DNA of 60,496 nucleotides from positions 29,479-89,974 of the forward strand of contig MEWX01000014.1 of assembly GCA_001775485.1 (NCBI GenBank), written 5' to 3'. The stretch comes from Candidatus Adlerbacteria bacterium RIFCSPLOWO2_01_FULL_51_16. Lineage in GTDB: Bacteria > Patescibacteriota > Minisyncoccia > Phycocordibacterales > SBAW01. The translations under genes were made by a program, and so were the position numbers. Of this stretch, positions 45,652 through 53,592 are shown piece by piece; position 1 is the first letter of the stretch; every line of letters begins with the position of its first letter. The notes beneath the pieces were generated by a model, which made no database searches, was not told where the DNA came from, and saw only the letters and a program-made list of their open reading frames with translations.

Positions 45652-46830
45652 TTACGGCAAAAACTTTCTAAACCATCTGAAGAAGTATGAAAATATATCA
45701 AAGATGCCGCTTCCTTCGTGTGTTTCAAGGCCGTCGCCTTGTGTGAAGCCCCAAATAGTGAGGCCGTAGGCGACCGCCCACGAACCGTCACGCAGTTGCA
45801 TCTTGGCTGCCGGACCGTCGGCAAGTGTGGCGGTCTTGGAGGGGAGGCGTAGGACCGCTTTTGCCAAATCGGACATGGTAGCAACGGAGGAGCCGCCGCC
45901 GGTTAAAATCACTCCCGCAGGCAAGAGTTCGTCTTTGCCGATTTTTTTGAGGTGTGCTTCGACAAGTTTAAACATATCGGATACTCTCCGGGTGATAATG
46001 TCCTCGACTTTACGCTTGGAGTACGGAGCACCGAGGACCGCGCCTTGCTTTAACTGTTCCGCTTCTTCGGGGCTGATACGAAGCCCCAATGCGATATCGT
46101 TGGTGATATCCGCTGCTCCCATAGGAAAAACTTTAACAGAAATCGGCATTGTATCTTCAAACACGACAGTAGAGAGTGTTTCCGCGCCGATGTTGGCAAG
46201 GATGCACCCCACTCGCTTCTGCATCTTACTGAGCGCTACAAAGCTTGCGGCGATAGGGGAGGCGACCACATCTTCAACCTCGACACCCGCAGCTTCGGTT
46301 GCCTCGACCAGATCGTTCACGTGCCGTTCAAGGCAGGTGACGAAAAGCGTATCGACCGAGAGCCGCATGCCCTTCATCCCGACCGGGCTTCGCCCGAGGA
46401 CCCGTCCACCGTCGACGTAGTAGCGTAGGGGTATGGTGTGTATGATTTTGCGGTTTAACACTGCCGCAGGCGGCAGCGAAAGTTTAGAAGCATCGATCGC
46501 ACGCGGGATATCGCGGCCCGTTATTTCAGAATCTCCCCGTTCAACGACCGCATCTCCGCGCGAGAGGGCCTCATCGAGCCCGACCCCGCCTATACCGAGG
46601 TACGCCTTTTTGACCCTGACACGCGCGGCTTTGGAGGCCTGGGCAACCGCGGCGCCAATGGAGCGGGAAACCTCAGAAATAGAGATAATATAGCCGTGTT
46701 TCAGCCCGCGACTCTCGGCATACCCGGTGCCTAAAATGCGCGGTGTTTCGCGGAGGTTTGCGGGACGTTCAGCAATGACCACTTTGACGTGGTACGTGCC
46801 GACATCGATTCCAGTAACGTAATTAGGCAT
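45652..46830 (-). CDS. ftsA: Cell division protein FtsA
   Basis: GIDVGT, ITNDIA, EAEQLK and GVILTGGGS; upstream of ftsZ. Confidence 0.95.
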   Translation of the reverse strand: MPNYVTGIDVGTYHVKVVIAERPANLRETPRILGTGYAESRGLKHGYIISISEVSRSIGAAVAQASKAARVRVKKAYLGIGGVGLDEALSRGDAVVERGDSEITGRDIPRAIDASKLSLPPAAVLNRKIIHTIPLRYYVDGGRVLGRSPVGMKGMRLSVDTLFVTCLERHVNDLVEATEAAGVEVEDVVASPIAASFVALSKMQKRVGCILANIGAETLSTVVFEDTMPISVKVFPMGAADITNDIALGLRISPEEAEQLKQGAVLGAPYSKRKVEDIITRRVSDMFKLVEAHLKKIGKDELLPAGVILTGGGSSVATMSDLAKAVLRLPSKTATLADGPAAKMQLRDGSWAVAYGLTIWGFTQGDGLETHEGSGIFDIFSYFFRWFRKFLP

Positions 46831-47176
46831 TGCGGCGAAAACGAAACCGCTTTAAAAGGCGGTCCTCTTCGCCCTCCATTGTACCACTGTGCCTCAACCC
46901 TTTTAAATGTAAAAGTCCGTGGATAAAAAGATATTCAGAGGTGTAGGGCTTTGCCGCGGCGCGGCAGATAAGTATTTCGCCCGAGTTTTTTGAGAGCGGA
47001 AACGCCAGGACATTAGATACTTTACTTTTTCCCTTTGTGCGGCGGGTTACCGCGCGCATTTTTTGCGGAGGCAAAAAAGCGACCGAGAGGTCGTAGTGCT
47101 TACCTAGAACAAAATCCTTAATTTTGTTCAAGCTTCTAGCTTCTAGTTTTGAGCTTCTAGCTAGAGTTTTTTTCAT
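46823..47176 (-). CDS. ybeY: rRNA maturation RNase YbeY (compact)
   Basis: NVLAFP, GEILIC and IHGLLHLKGLRH. Confidence 0.88.
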   Translation of the reverse strand: MKKTLARSSKLEARSLNKIKDFVLGKHYDLSVAFLPPQKMRAVTRRTKGKSKVSNVLAFPLSKNSGEILICRAAAKPYTSEYLFIHGLLHLKGLRHSGTMEGEEDRLLKRFRFRRNA

Positions 47177-47210
47177 GCTAAAACCTAGTCCCTAGCACCT
47201 CGAAGCTATT

Positions 47211-47465
47211 CTAGCGGCGGCGGGGGCCACGCGGAGCGCGTTCCAACATTTTGCCGAGTTTGATGAGCTCCTGCACCTCCTCACGGCGCTTGATGACCTT
47301 GAGTGTATGTTTACGGCGCACCTCGCGCGATTTTATCCGTAGGTGGTAGCGTCGTCCGCGCAGGCGCTGAATCACACCCGCGCCTTGCACGCGTTTGGAA
47401 AAGCGGCGGATTAAATTTACCGCCGTCTCGTTTTCATTTTTCTGCACTTCCGCGTTGACTCCCAT
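47211..47465 (-). CDS. rpsU: 30S ribosomal protein bS21 (divergent)
   Basis: Basic; V.KNENET..LIRRFSKRVQ.AG pattern. Confidence 0.7.
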   Translation of the reverse strand: MGVNAEVQKNENETAVNLIRRFSKRVQGAGVIQRLRGRRYHLRIKSREVRRKHTLKVIKRREEVQELIKLGKMLERAPRGPRRR

Positions 47466-47493
47466 TGCGCGGATGATAATAGCACAAAAAGTT

Positions 47494-48645
47494 TCAGGTA
47501 CGCAAGCTCTTGAGGATCCGCGGCAGGTGCGCCAACTCGACGATTGTTTGAGAAGAGTTTTTTACTTCGCGCACGATGATCGTGCCGTCAAGCGCCTCCC
47601 GTTGACCCATAATAAGGACGTGGGAGACACCGATACCTCCGGCCAAGCCAAGCTGCGGGGAGAGCCGGCTTGAGTCAAAAGATTGTGAGACAGGGACACC
47701 CGCCCGCCAGAGCATATCCAAGACAGAGAGCCCCTGGAGTTTTGCAAGCGAACCCAACTGCACAAAAAATACTTTCGGAGATCGTGTTTTTTTTGGGGAG
47801 GTGAAATTGCTCCGCGCTGCGCCCTTTTTGCGGAAGTAAATGCTTGCGGAGGCAACCGCGCCCTCCTTGCGTCCGGTCGTACGCCGCAAATATTCGTCCC
47901 ACCTTCCTCCGGTGCTTCCCAAAATTGTTGCGTCGGGCTCTTTGAGGTCGACGGCAAAGACAATATGCTGTTCGCGGTCGTCTCCGACGAGGAGATCATC
48001 AAGCTCGTAGGAAAATCCCAAGCCCTCAACCTGCTCTAAAACCGCCCGGAAATGCGCGCGGCTTTTTTCAGATAGAAAATTAACGCTGCGCGGGCCTTCA
48101 CTTAGGAGCGCGCGACAGGTTGTGTGTGCGCAGCGGTATGCCGCAAACGGATTTTTTGCCAGATTTTCTTGGCAGGCAGCATCAAACTCCGGGGTGCGGC
48201 GGCGGACGTACGAAAATAGCTCCCGGGTATAGCGCTCCCTGCTGTCTCTATCGCCGAGCGCGTTGAGCCGCACGCGTGCAACCGGTGCGCCCCACTCGGA
48301 AACAATTGCCGAAATTGTTTTGAGTATCACCATCTCGCCGACACTCTCTTTAGTGCCGACAACGCACAAACCAAACTCGCCCGTTTCCCGGCTGAGAAGA
48401 TTTCCGGGCAAATGTGCAGGGGAGGGGGTTGCAAAGAACGCGAGCACAGGCTCTTGCGGACGGGCGGCTCCCGCGGCGGTTGCGAGGTGTGCTATCGCAA
48501 CGGAGGCGGAAGGACTAATAATCTTTGGACGGTCGACGCGCTTGAGGCCGCGCAAAAGTTCGCGCGTATTACGAAAGCCATAAAACGATGCGACATGCGA
48601 GGAGAGTTTGAGAAACGAGACGGGAGACACTCGGGTGTTACTCAT
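47494..48645 (-). CDS. Degenerate histidyl-tRNA synthetase-like protein with a C-terminal HGTP anticodon-binding domain
   Basis: RLNALGD..SR..Y, NP, HFRAVLE, GGRWD and IMGQREALDGTIIVRE; N-terminal class II motifs look eroded. Confidence 0.7.
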   Translation of the reverse strand: MSNTRVSPVSFLKLSSHVASFYGFRNTRELLRGLKRVDRPKIISPSASVAIAHLATAAGAARPQEPVLAFFATPSPAHLPGNLLSRETGEFGLCVVGTKESVGEMVILKTISAIVSEWGAPVARVRLNALGDRDSRERYTRELFSYVRRRTPEFDAACQENLAKNPFAAYRCAHTTCRALLSEGPRSVNFLSEKSRAHFRAVLEQVEGLGFSYELDDLLVGDDREQHIVFAVDLKEPDATILGSTGGRWDEYLRRTTGRKEGAVASASIYFRKKGAARSNFTSPKKTRSPKVFFVQLGSLAKLQGLSVLDMLWRAGVPVSQSFDSSRLSPQLGLAGGIGVSHVLIMGQREALDGTIIVREVKNSSQTIVELAHLPRILKSLRT

Positions 48646-48647
48646 GG

Positions 48648-49205
48648 TTATTGTTTTACAGATACAGCTCCGGGGAGAATATCAAGATGTTTTAGCGGCA
48701 AAAGACGTAAGAATGCCCGGCCGACGATATTTTCGCGCGGCAAGGTTCCCCATACGCGGGAGTCGGAACTCTCCTTGCGGTTGTCGCCGAGCACAAAGTA
48801 GTCGTCTCCCTCGAGCGTTTTCTTTAAATATCCGCCGTTGCCGTCGTTTACAATATAGGGTTCAGAAAGTGTTATCATTTTTCCATCAACAGTCGTGATA
48901 GTTATCGTGCCCCCCGCAATTTCTACGGTCTCGCCGGGAAGCCCGATGACGCGTTTTATATAAAATTGTGAGGTGTCCCGCGGCGGGCGGAAGATAATAA
49001 CATCTCCCCGCTGCGGCTCCCCCAAACGGTAGGAGAGTTCGTCGACAATCAGATAATCGTGGTCCTCAAAGGTAGGAGTCATCGAAGCACCAGAGACGAC
49101 AAAGGGTTGTGCAATAAAAAGTCGTATGGGGAGCACAATGACAGCGGCGATGAGAGCAAATTTCAGGAGTTCGGTGAAAAAACCTTCACGCTTCTCCTCT
49201 GGCAT
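48648..49205 (-). CDS. lepB: Signal peptidase I
   Basis: SGASMTPT, YIKRVIGLPGE and GDNR..SSDSR.WG. Confidence 0.96.
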   Translation of the reverse strand: MPEEKREGFFTELLKFALIAAVIVLPIRLFIAQPFVVSGASMTPTFEDHDYLIVDELSYRLGEPQRGDVIIFRPPRDTSQFYIKRVIGLPGETVEIAGGTITITTVDGKMITLSEPYIVNDGNGGYLKKTLEGDDYFVLGDNRKESSDSRVWGTLPRENIVGRAFLRLLPLKHLDILPGAVSVKQ

Positions 49206-49399
49206 GGGAGTATTGTATGCTTCTCTATGCGTCGCGCAAGCCCCGCACCAAACTTGCGCATTATTTTTGCTGTTTGGCTAGAGTGCCTCGCGGATTTATT
49301 AGTGAACAGGTAAGCAGAAACTGTGTTGAAAGCGGAGAAAAATGGAACAACGATGCGTAAGTGTGGTGTCGGGGCAAGCCGTTTGCTACACTAGACCAC

Positions 49400-49933
49400 A
49401 TGCAATGGATATTGGTAGGGCTCGGAAACCCAGGGGAGGAGTACACGGGGAGCCGCCACAACGTCGGCAGGGAGTTTTTGCTCGCGCTTGAAGGCAAAAT
49501 CGGGAAAAGGGCGAAGATGTTGACTCCGGACTCGTACATGAACAACTCGGGGGCAGCAGTAAAGAAGCTCGTACCGTCGCTCAAGGCGGCAAAACAGCTG
49601 GTGGTACTCCACGATGAACTCGATATGCCCCTCGGAGCGGTCAAAATCTCCTTCGGATCAGGTTCTGGCGGGCATAGGGGTGTCGACTCAATAATCAAAG
49701 CGCTCAAAACGAAAGATTTTATCCGCATCCGTATCGGCATCAGCCCCGCGACTCCGAGTGGCAAGTTAAAAAAACCCGACCAGGAGAAGATAATTGATTT
49801 TGTCTTGGGCAAATTTAAGCCAAGTGAACAGGCAAAACTAAAAAATGCAAAGAAAATTGTGGGCGACGCACTCGAACTCTTGCTTGCTGACGGTCTCGCC
49901 GCCGCAATGAACACAATAAATTCGCGCGCGTAA
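49400..49933 (+). CDS. pth: Peptidyl-tRNA hydrolase
   Basis: VGLGNPG, RHNVG, YMNNSG, HDELD and GGHRG. Confidence 0.96.
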   Translation: MQWILVGLGNPGEEYTGSRHNVGREFLLALEGKIGKRAKMLTPDSYMNNSGAAVKKLVPSLKAAKQLVVLHDELDMPLGAVKISFGSGSGGHRGVDSIIKALKTKDFIRIRIGISPATPSGKLKKPDQEKIIDFVLGKFKPSEQAKLKNAKKIVGDALELLLADGLAAAMNTINSRA

Positions 49934-50161
49934 GTTCCGCAAAAACGAAATTTGCCGGAACGCGGAAAATTTTCTGCTGATAAATTTTCCCGTTGCCCTG
50001 CCGCCGCACCTCTCAACGTTCCGTCAAACTTGTTTTTGCTCCACTTCTCACGCGGAGTAAAAGAACCTTGAAGGAGGCTTTCGAGCACGACGGTGCGAGA
50101 ACTTGAGAAAATTTATCAGCAGAAAATTTTCGTGCTCCTGAAGGGTTGCTTTTACGGAGCG
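49933..50161. repeat. Two oppositely oriented copies of the ~115-nt dispersed element between convergent pth and rpsA
   Basis: GAAAATTTTCTGCTGATAAATTTTC (49964-49988) is the exact reverse complement of GAAAATTTATCAGCAGAAAATTTTC (50107-50131). Confidence 0.8.
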
Positions 50162-50172
50162 ATTTTGCGAAG

Positions 50173-51291
50173 TTACTTCTTATCGCCGGAGAAGGCGAGA
50201 GCCATGCGCATTTCTTTGGGATCAAAAAGAGAAATGGTGAAGGGGTAGCGCTTGCCGAGCTCCAGGTTGCCGCGGAGCTTCTCGTCGCTCCCAAATTCTG
50301 AAATGTGTACCAAGCCGGCGATACCTTCCTCGATCGAGGCCAAGGCGCCGTGTTTGTTGAACTTGATGACGACGCCCTCCACCTTGTCACCTTTTTTATA
50401 TTTTTCGCCAGCAGTCTGCCACGGGTTTTCTTTCAGCTGTTTGACCGAGAGCGAAACCTTGCCTTCCTTGATGTCGATTATTTTTACCTTCACCTTCTCA
50501 CCGACTTTGAAGAAGTGTCGCGGGTCATCCACCAGGCCCCAGTCAATTTCTGAAATGTGAACCAACCCCTCCAACCCTTCCTCGAGTTTCACAAAGACAC
50601 CGAAATCAACCATGCCGGTTATCTCGCCGGAGACCACGTCGCCCACCTGGTAGGAGGCGATGAGCTCTTTCTTTTCTTTATCGTCAACTCCCTTCTCGGA
50701 GAAAATAAGTTTACCTTCTTTTGGTGCGGCGCCGATTAGAGAAACCGCGAGCTTTTCTCCGACCAGTTTGCGCAACTCATCCAAAATTTTGTCTTTGTCG
50801 CCGTCGAGTACACGCGGGTAGTGCTCGGGCTTGAGCTGGGAAGCGGGTAGAAACCCCGCGATGCCTTGCCATTCCAAAATGAGGCCGCCTTTGTTTGCTT
50901 CTTTGACCACCAAATCAAACTGAGTTTTATTTTTTACCGCCTCTTCCGCCTCGGCCCACAAAATTGCCTGACGCGCTTCCTTCAGCGATAGTTCGATGTA
51001 GCCGTCTTTAGTATTGATTTCTAGTACCTTGGCAGCAATGCGGTCGCCGACGTTGGTGCGTTTGATTACCTCGCGGGCGTTGAGGTATTCGCGGCCAAAG
51101 ATAACTCCCGTGCCCCAGGGCGCTATGTCGATATAGAGTCGCGCACGGTCGAGCGCGATAACCGGGCCCTCAACGATGTCGCCGGGTTTCGGAGGTTCCT
51201 GCGCGCGCGAAGCGAGCCCTTCCATGAGCGTGGGTTCTCGTAGCGTATCTTCAACTTGAGCCGCAATAAGAGCGGCTTTTTTTGCTGACAT
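50173..51291 (-). CDS. rpsA: 30S ribosomal protein S1 (four S1 domains)
   Basis: GFLPASQL, DFGVFV..EGLVHISEI and AGLVHISE. Confidence 0.9.
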   Translation of the reverse strand: MSAKKAALIAAQVEDTLREPTLMEGLASRAQEPPKPGDIVEGPVIALDRARLYIDIAPWGTGVIFGREYLNAREVIKRTNVGDRIAAKVLEINTKDGYIELSLKEARQAILWAEAEEAVKNKTQFDLVVKEANKGGLILEWQGIAGFLPASQLKPEHYPRVLDGDKDKILDELRKLVGEKLAVSLIGAAPKEGKLIFSEKGVDDKEKKELIASYQVGDVVSGEITGMVDFGVFVKLEEGLEGLVHISEIDWGLVDDPRHFFKVGEKVKVKIIDIKEGKVSLSVKQLKENPWQTAGEKYKKGDKVEGVVIKFNKHGALASIEEGIAGLVHISEFGSDEKLRGNLELGKRYPFTISLFDPKEMRMALAFSGDKK

Positions 51292-51415
51292 GATATTTAA
51301 CTGTTGGTCGGGTCCTAGATTCCTAGATTATTCCCGAGCCGGTTAATAAAGGTAGCAACCTTTATTGGTTGGAAAGATACACCATCCCCTCCGCAATTGC
51401 AAGTATGAAAAGAAA

Positions 51416-51446
51416 AAGCCGGGTTCGCATGATGCGAACCCGGCTG
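51416..51446 (-). terminator. Terminator-like perfect hairpin
   Basis: AGCCGGGTTCGCAT-G-ATGCGAACCCGGCT with an A-tract on the left (U-tract on the minus strand). Confidence 0.7.
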
Positions 51447-51499
51447 CCCCACACACTGAAGTGGGGAGGGCTTTAGTTTTAGTAGAAGTCAGTCGAAGA

Positions 51500-51829
51500 T
51501 CAGTCGAGACCGGCGCCGCGGCCGGGCGGGCGATGATGACCGGGACGCATCCTCGGCGTCTGGCTCCTGCCGACATGATGCGTAGTGACATCTTTGCCCC
51601 GCGGCTGCGGCGCATCGAAAGGCGATTTCTCGCCGGCGGGCTCTTTCGGAGCTTCGGCGGGCGGTCTCGCTGGGCCGCCACTGCCCTCAGCGTGTTTCGG
51701 CGGGGCGCCGGGACGAGGCATCTGCATCGGTTGCAACATGAAGGAATGGAGCGGAGAGTCCACATCAGGGCGGCGCATGCCACGTCCCTGCGGTATCGAG
51801 ACAGTCGACTGCATCTGGTTCCCTTCCAA
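51500..51829 (-). CDS. Pro-rich low-complexity hypothetical protein
   Basis: ORF followed by a terminator; probably disordered; start uncertain. Confidence 0.35.
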   Translation of the reverse strand: MEGNQMQSTVSIPQGRGMRRPDVDSPLHSFMLQPMQMPRPGAPPKHAEGSGGPARPPAEAPKEPAGEKSPFDAPQPRGKDVTTHHVGRSQTPRMRPGHHRPPGRGAGLD

Positions 51830-52028
51830 AAGAACACTGCACCGCCTATCGGTGCAGGTAGGGTAGGGAATATATACAAGAAAACCCTGTAAGTCAAATA
51901 GAAAATCCCTAGGGCCTCCAATTTTTATCCTGCCAAGCTACTAATACACATTTTTTGTTATTACAAAAAATGACCCCGGCAATCAGCGTCGCGCTGAGCG
52001 TCGGGGTCGTGGCCAGGGCCTGGCAAGT

Positions 52029-52214
52029 TCAGTGAGTATTACCCACCACATGCCTGTCGGCCCAAACTAGTTCTTGTGAGGTGTCATCCGTTTCCTCCAG
52101 AGTTCTGTTGAACTTGAAGAGAAGCGATTGGATCCTTTTCCCTAGATCCTCGGGCGTTTCGAGGACCTCTTTAGTATACGCTTTTTCAGCGTTTTTTGAC
52201 TCTTTTTGAAACAT
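52029..52214 (-). CDS. Small hypothetical protein
   Basis: 61-aa ORF followed by a hairpin at ~51971-52009. Confidence 0.35.
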   Translation of the reverse strand: MFQKESKNAEKAYTKEVLETPEDLGKRIQSLLFKFNRTLEETDDTSQELVWADRHVVGNTH

Positions 52215-52281
52215 GAGGTGGGGATAGCGTACAGAGGCAAAATCGCTTGAAAATTAGGCCGAAATTTGCTACAATTAGGGT

Positions 52282-52902
52282 ATGGTAATCAGCTACCTCG
52301 GGGGCCAGTGCTTTAAGGTAAGCCATGGCGATTTGACCATTGCCTACAACCCCCCCGGCAAGAACTCCTCGTTTAAGGGGGTCAAATTCGGCTCCGACAT
52401 TGTGCTCTCCGCGCAAAACCATGAGGACTTCAACGGCATCGAAAATGCCTCCTTTGGCGAGCGTGCACCGTTTGTCATCGAGGGCCCCGGCGAGTATGAG
52501 ATAAAGGGGGTCCAAGTGCGCGGCTTTGCCTCCGACACGAGCTACGGCGGCAAAAAGAGTATCAACACTATTTACAGCGTCACCCTCGAGGGGATGAATC
52601 TTTGTTTCCTCGGGGCGCTCGGTTCTGCAACATTGCCGCCGGCCGCCAAAGAAGCACTCGACGACATCGATATTCTTTTTGTGCCGATAGGGGGGAAGGG
52701 AATGCTCGACTATGGCGAGGCCGAAAGCTTGGCGGTACAATTGGAGCCGAAGGCGGTCATCCCGATGCACGGGAGTCCTGAAAATTTAAAATCCTTTTTG
52801 AAGGAGGCCGGAGCCGAGGGCACTAAGCCCCAGGAGAAACTCACGGTGAAGCGCAAAGACCTCGACGGTAAAGAGGGCGAGATAATCGTGTTGTCATCCT
52901 AA
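52282..52902 (+). CDS. MBL-fold metallo-hydrolase (Lactamase_B_3-like, degenerate metal motif)
   Basis: GPGEYEIKGV, DIDILFVPIGG and LEPKAVIPMH. Confidence 0.85.
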   Translation: MVISYLGGQCFKVSHGDLTIAYNPPGKNSSFKGVKFGSDIVLSAQNHEDFNGIENASFGERAPFVIEGPGEYEIKGVQVRGFASDTSYGGKKSINTIYSVTLEGMNLCFLGALGSATLPPAAKEALDDIDILFVPIGGKGMLDYGEAESLAVQLEPKAVIPMHGSPENLKSFLKEAGAEGTKPQEKLTVKRKDLDGKEGEIIVLSS

Positions 52903-52912
52903 ATTATGTATA

Positions 52913-53020
52913 CGGAGCAAAACAAGTTGAGCGGAAACTCTCGGAGGGCGGACGGCCCGAGAGTGAGCAAATTTCCAGCAAGGAAATTATGCGTGTTCCG
53001 CGAGACTTCGTTTTGCGCAG
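52913..53020 (+). repeat. ~110-nt dispersed palindromic element, copy 4
   Basis: CGGAGCAAAACAAG...AATTTCCAGCAAGGAAATT...GACTTCGTTTTGCGCAG. Confidence 0.7.
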
Positions 53021-53039
53021 TAATTTCGCTACACTAAAT

Positions 53040-53288
53040 ATGAAAAAATATTTAAAACACATTCAATCCAAAGAACCACACGACCGGCGCAACCACGCGC
53101 TCCAGATCGCGGGTACTTTGACGGCGATTCTTTTTGTCGGGTGGGTCACGACCCTCGGGTTTCGCTTTGGAGGTGGGGATGCAGAGGTCGCGCAAACCGG
53201 CGACTCTTCTCAAGCGGCAAGCCCGGCGGTCACACTCTCGCAAGACGGCGGGCTCCAAGTTTCAACGACAAGTACTATCAGTTATTAA
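53040..53288 (+). CDS. Single-TM hypothetical protein
   Basis: ATG at 53040 after TACACT; YLKHIQSKEPH.RR plus TM. Confidence 0.65.
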   Translation: MKKYLKHIQSKEPHDRRNHALQIAGTLTAILFVGWVTTLGFRFGGGDAEVAQTGDSSQAASPAVTLSQDGGLQVSTTSTISY

Positions 53289-53289
53289 T

Positions 53290-53586
53290 ATGCCCGGTAG
53301 GACAACTTCGAATCGCTTTTACTACGTATATACCCTGCAAAGTATGATAGATGGAAAACGGTATATTGGATTCACTACCGATTTGGTCAAACGCGTACGC
53401 GAGCATAACAGCGGAGCCAGTTTAGCTACGGCGCCCAGGCGGCCGCTCTCCTTGGTATATTACGAAGCGTGCAAAGCTGAAAGTGACGCCCGAAGACGTG
53501 AGAAGTATCTCAAGACAACGGGCGGCCGCCGATTCCTCGCCAAGCGGCTAAAGGACTTTTATACGCGTAATTCGAAGTTGTACTAA
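53290..53586 (+). CDS. Stand-alone GIY-YIG nuclease
   Basis: YVYTL...YIGFTTDL..R..EHN.G, LVYYE and ARRREKYLK. Confidence 0.9.
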   Translation: MPGRTTSNRFYYVYTLQSMIDGKRYIGFTTDLVKRVREHNSGASLATAPRRPLSLVYYEACKAESDARRREKYLKTTGGRRFLAKRLKDFYTRNSKLY

Positions 53587-53592
53587 CCGGGT

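Noticed and set aside
49261..50088. 275-aa minus-strand ORF over pth and the repeats
   Set aside because: It is antisense to pth and runs through palindromic repeats, with no recognisable domain.
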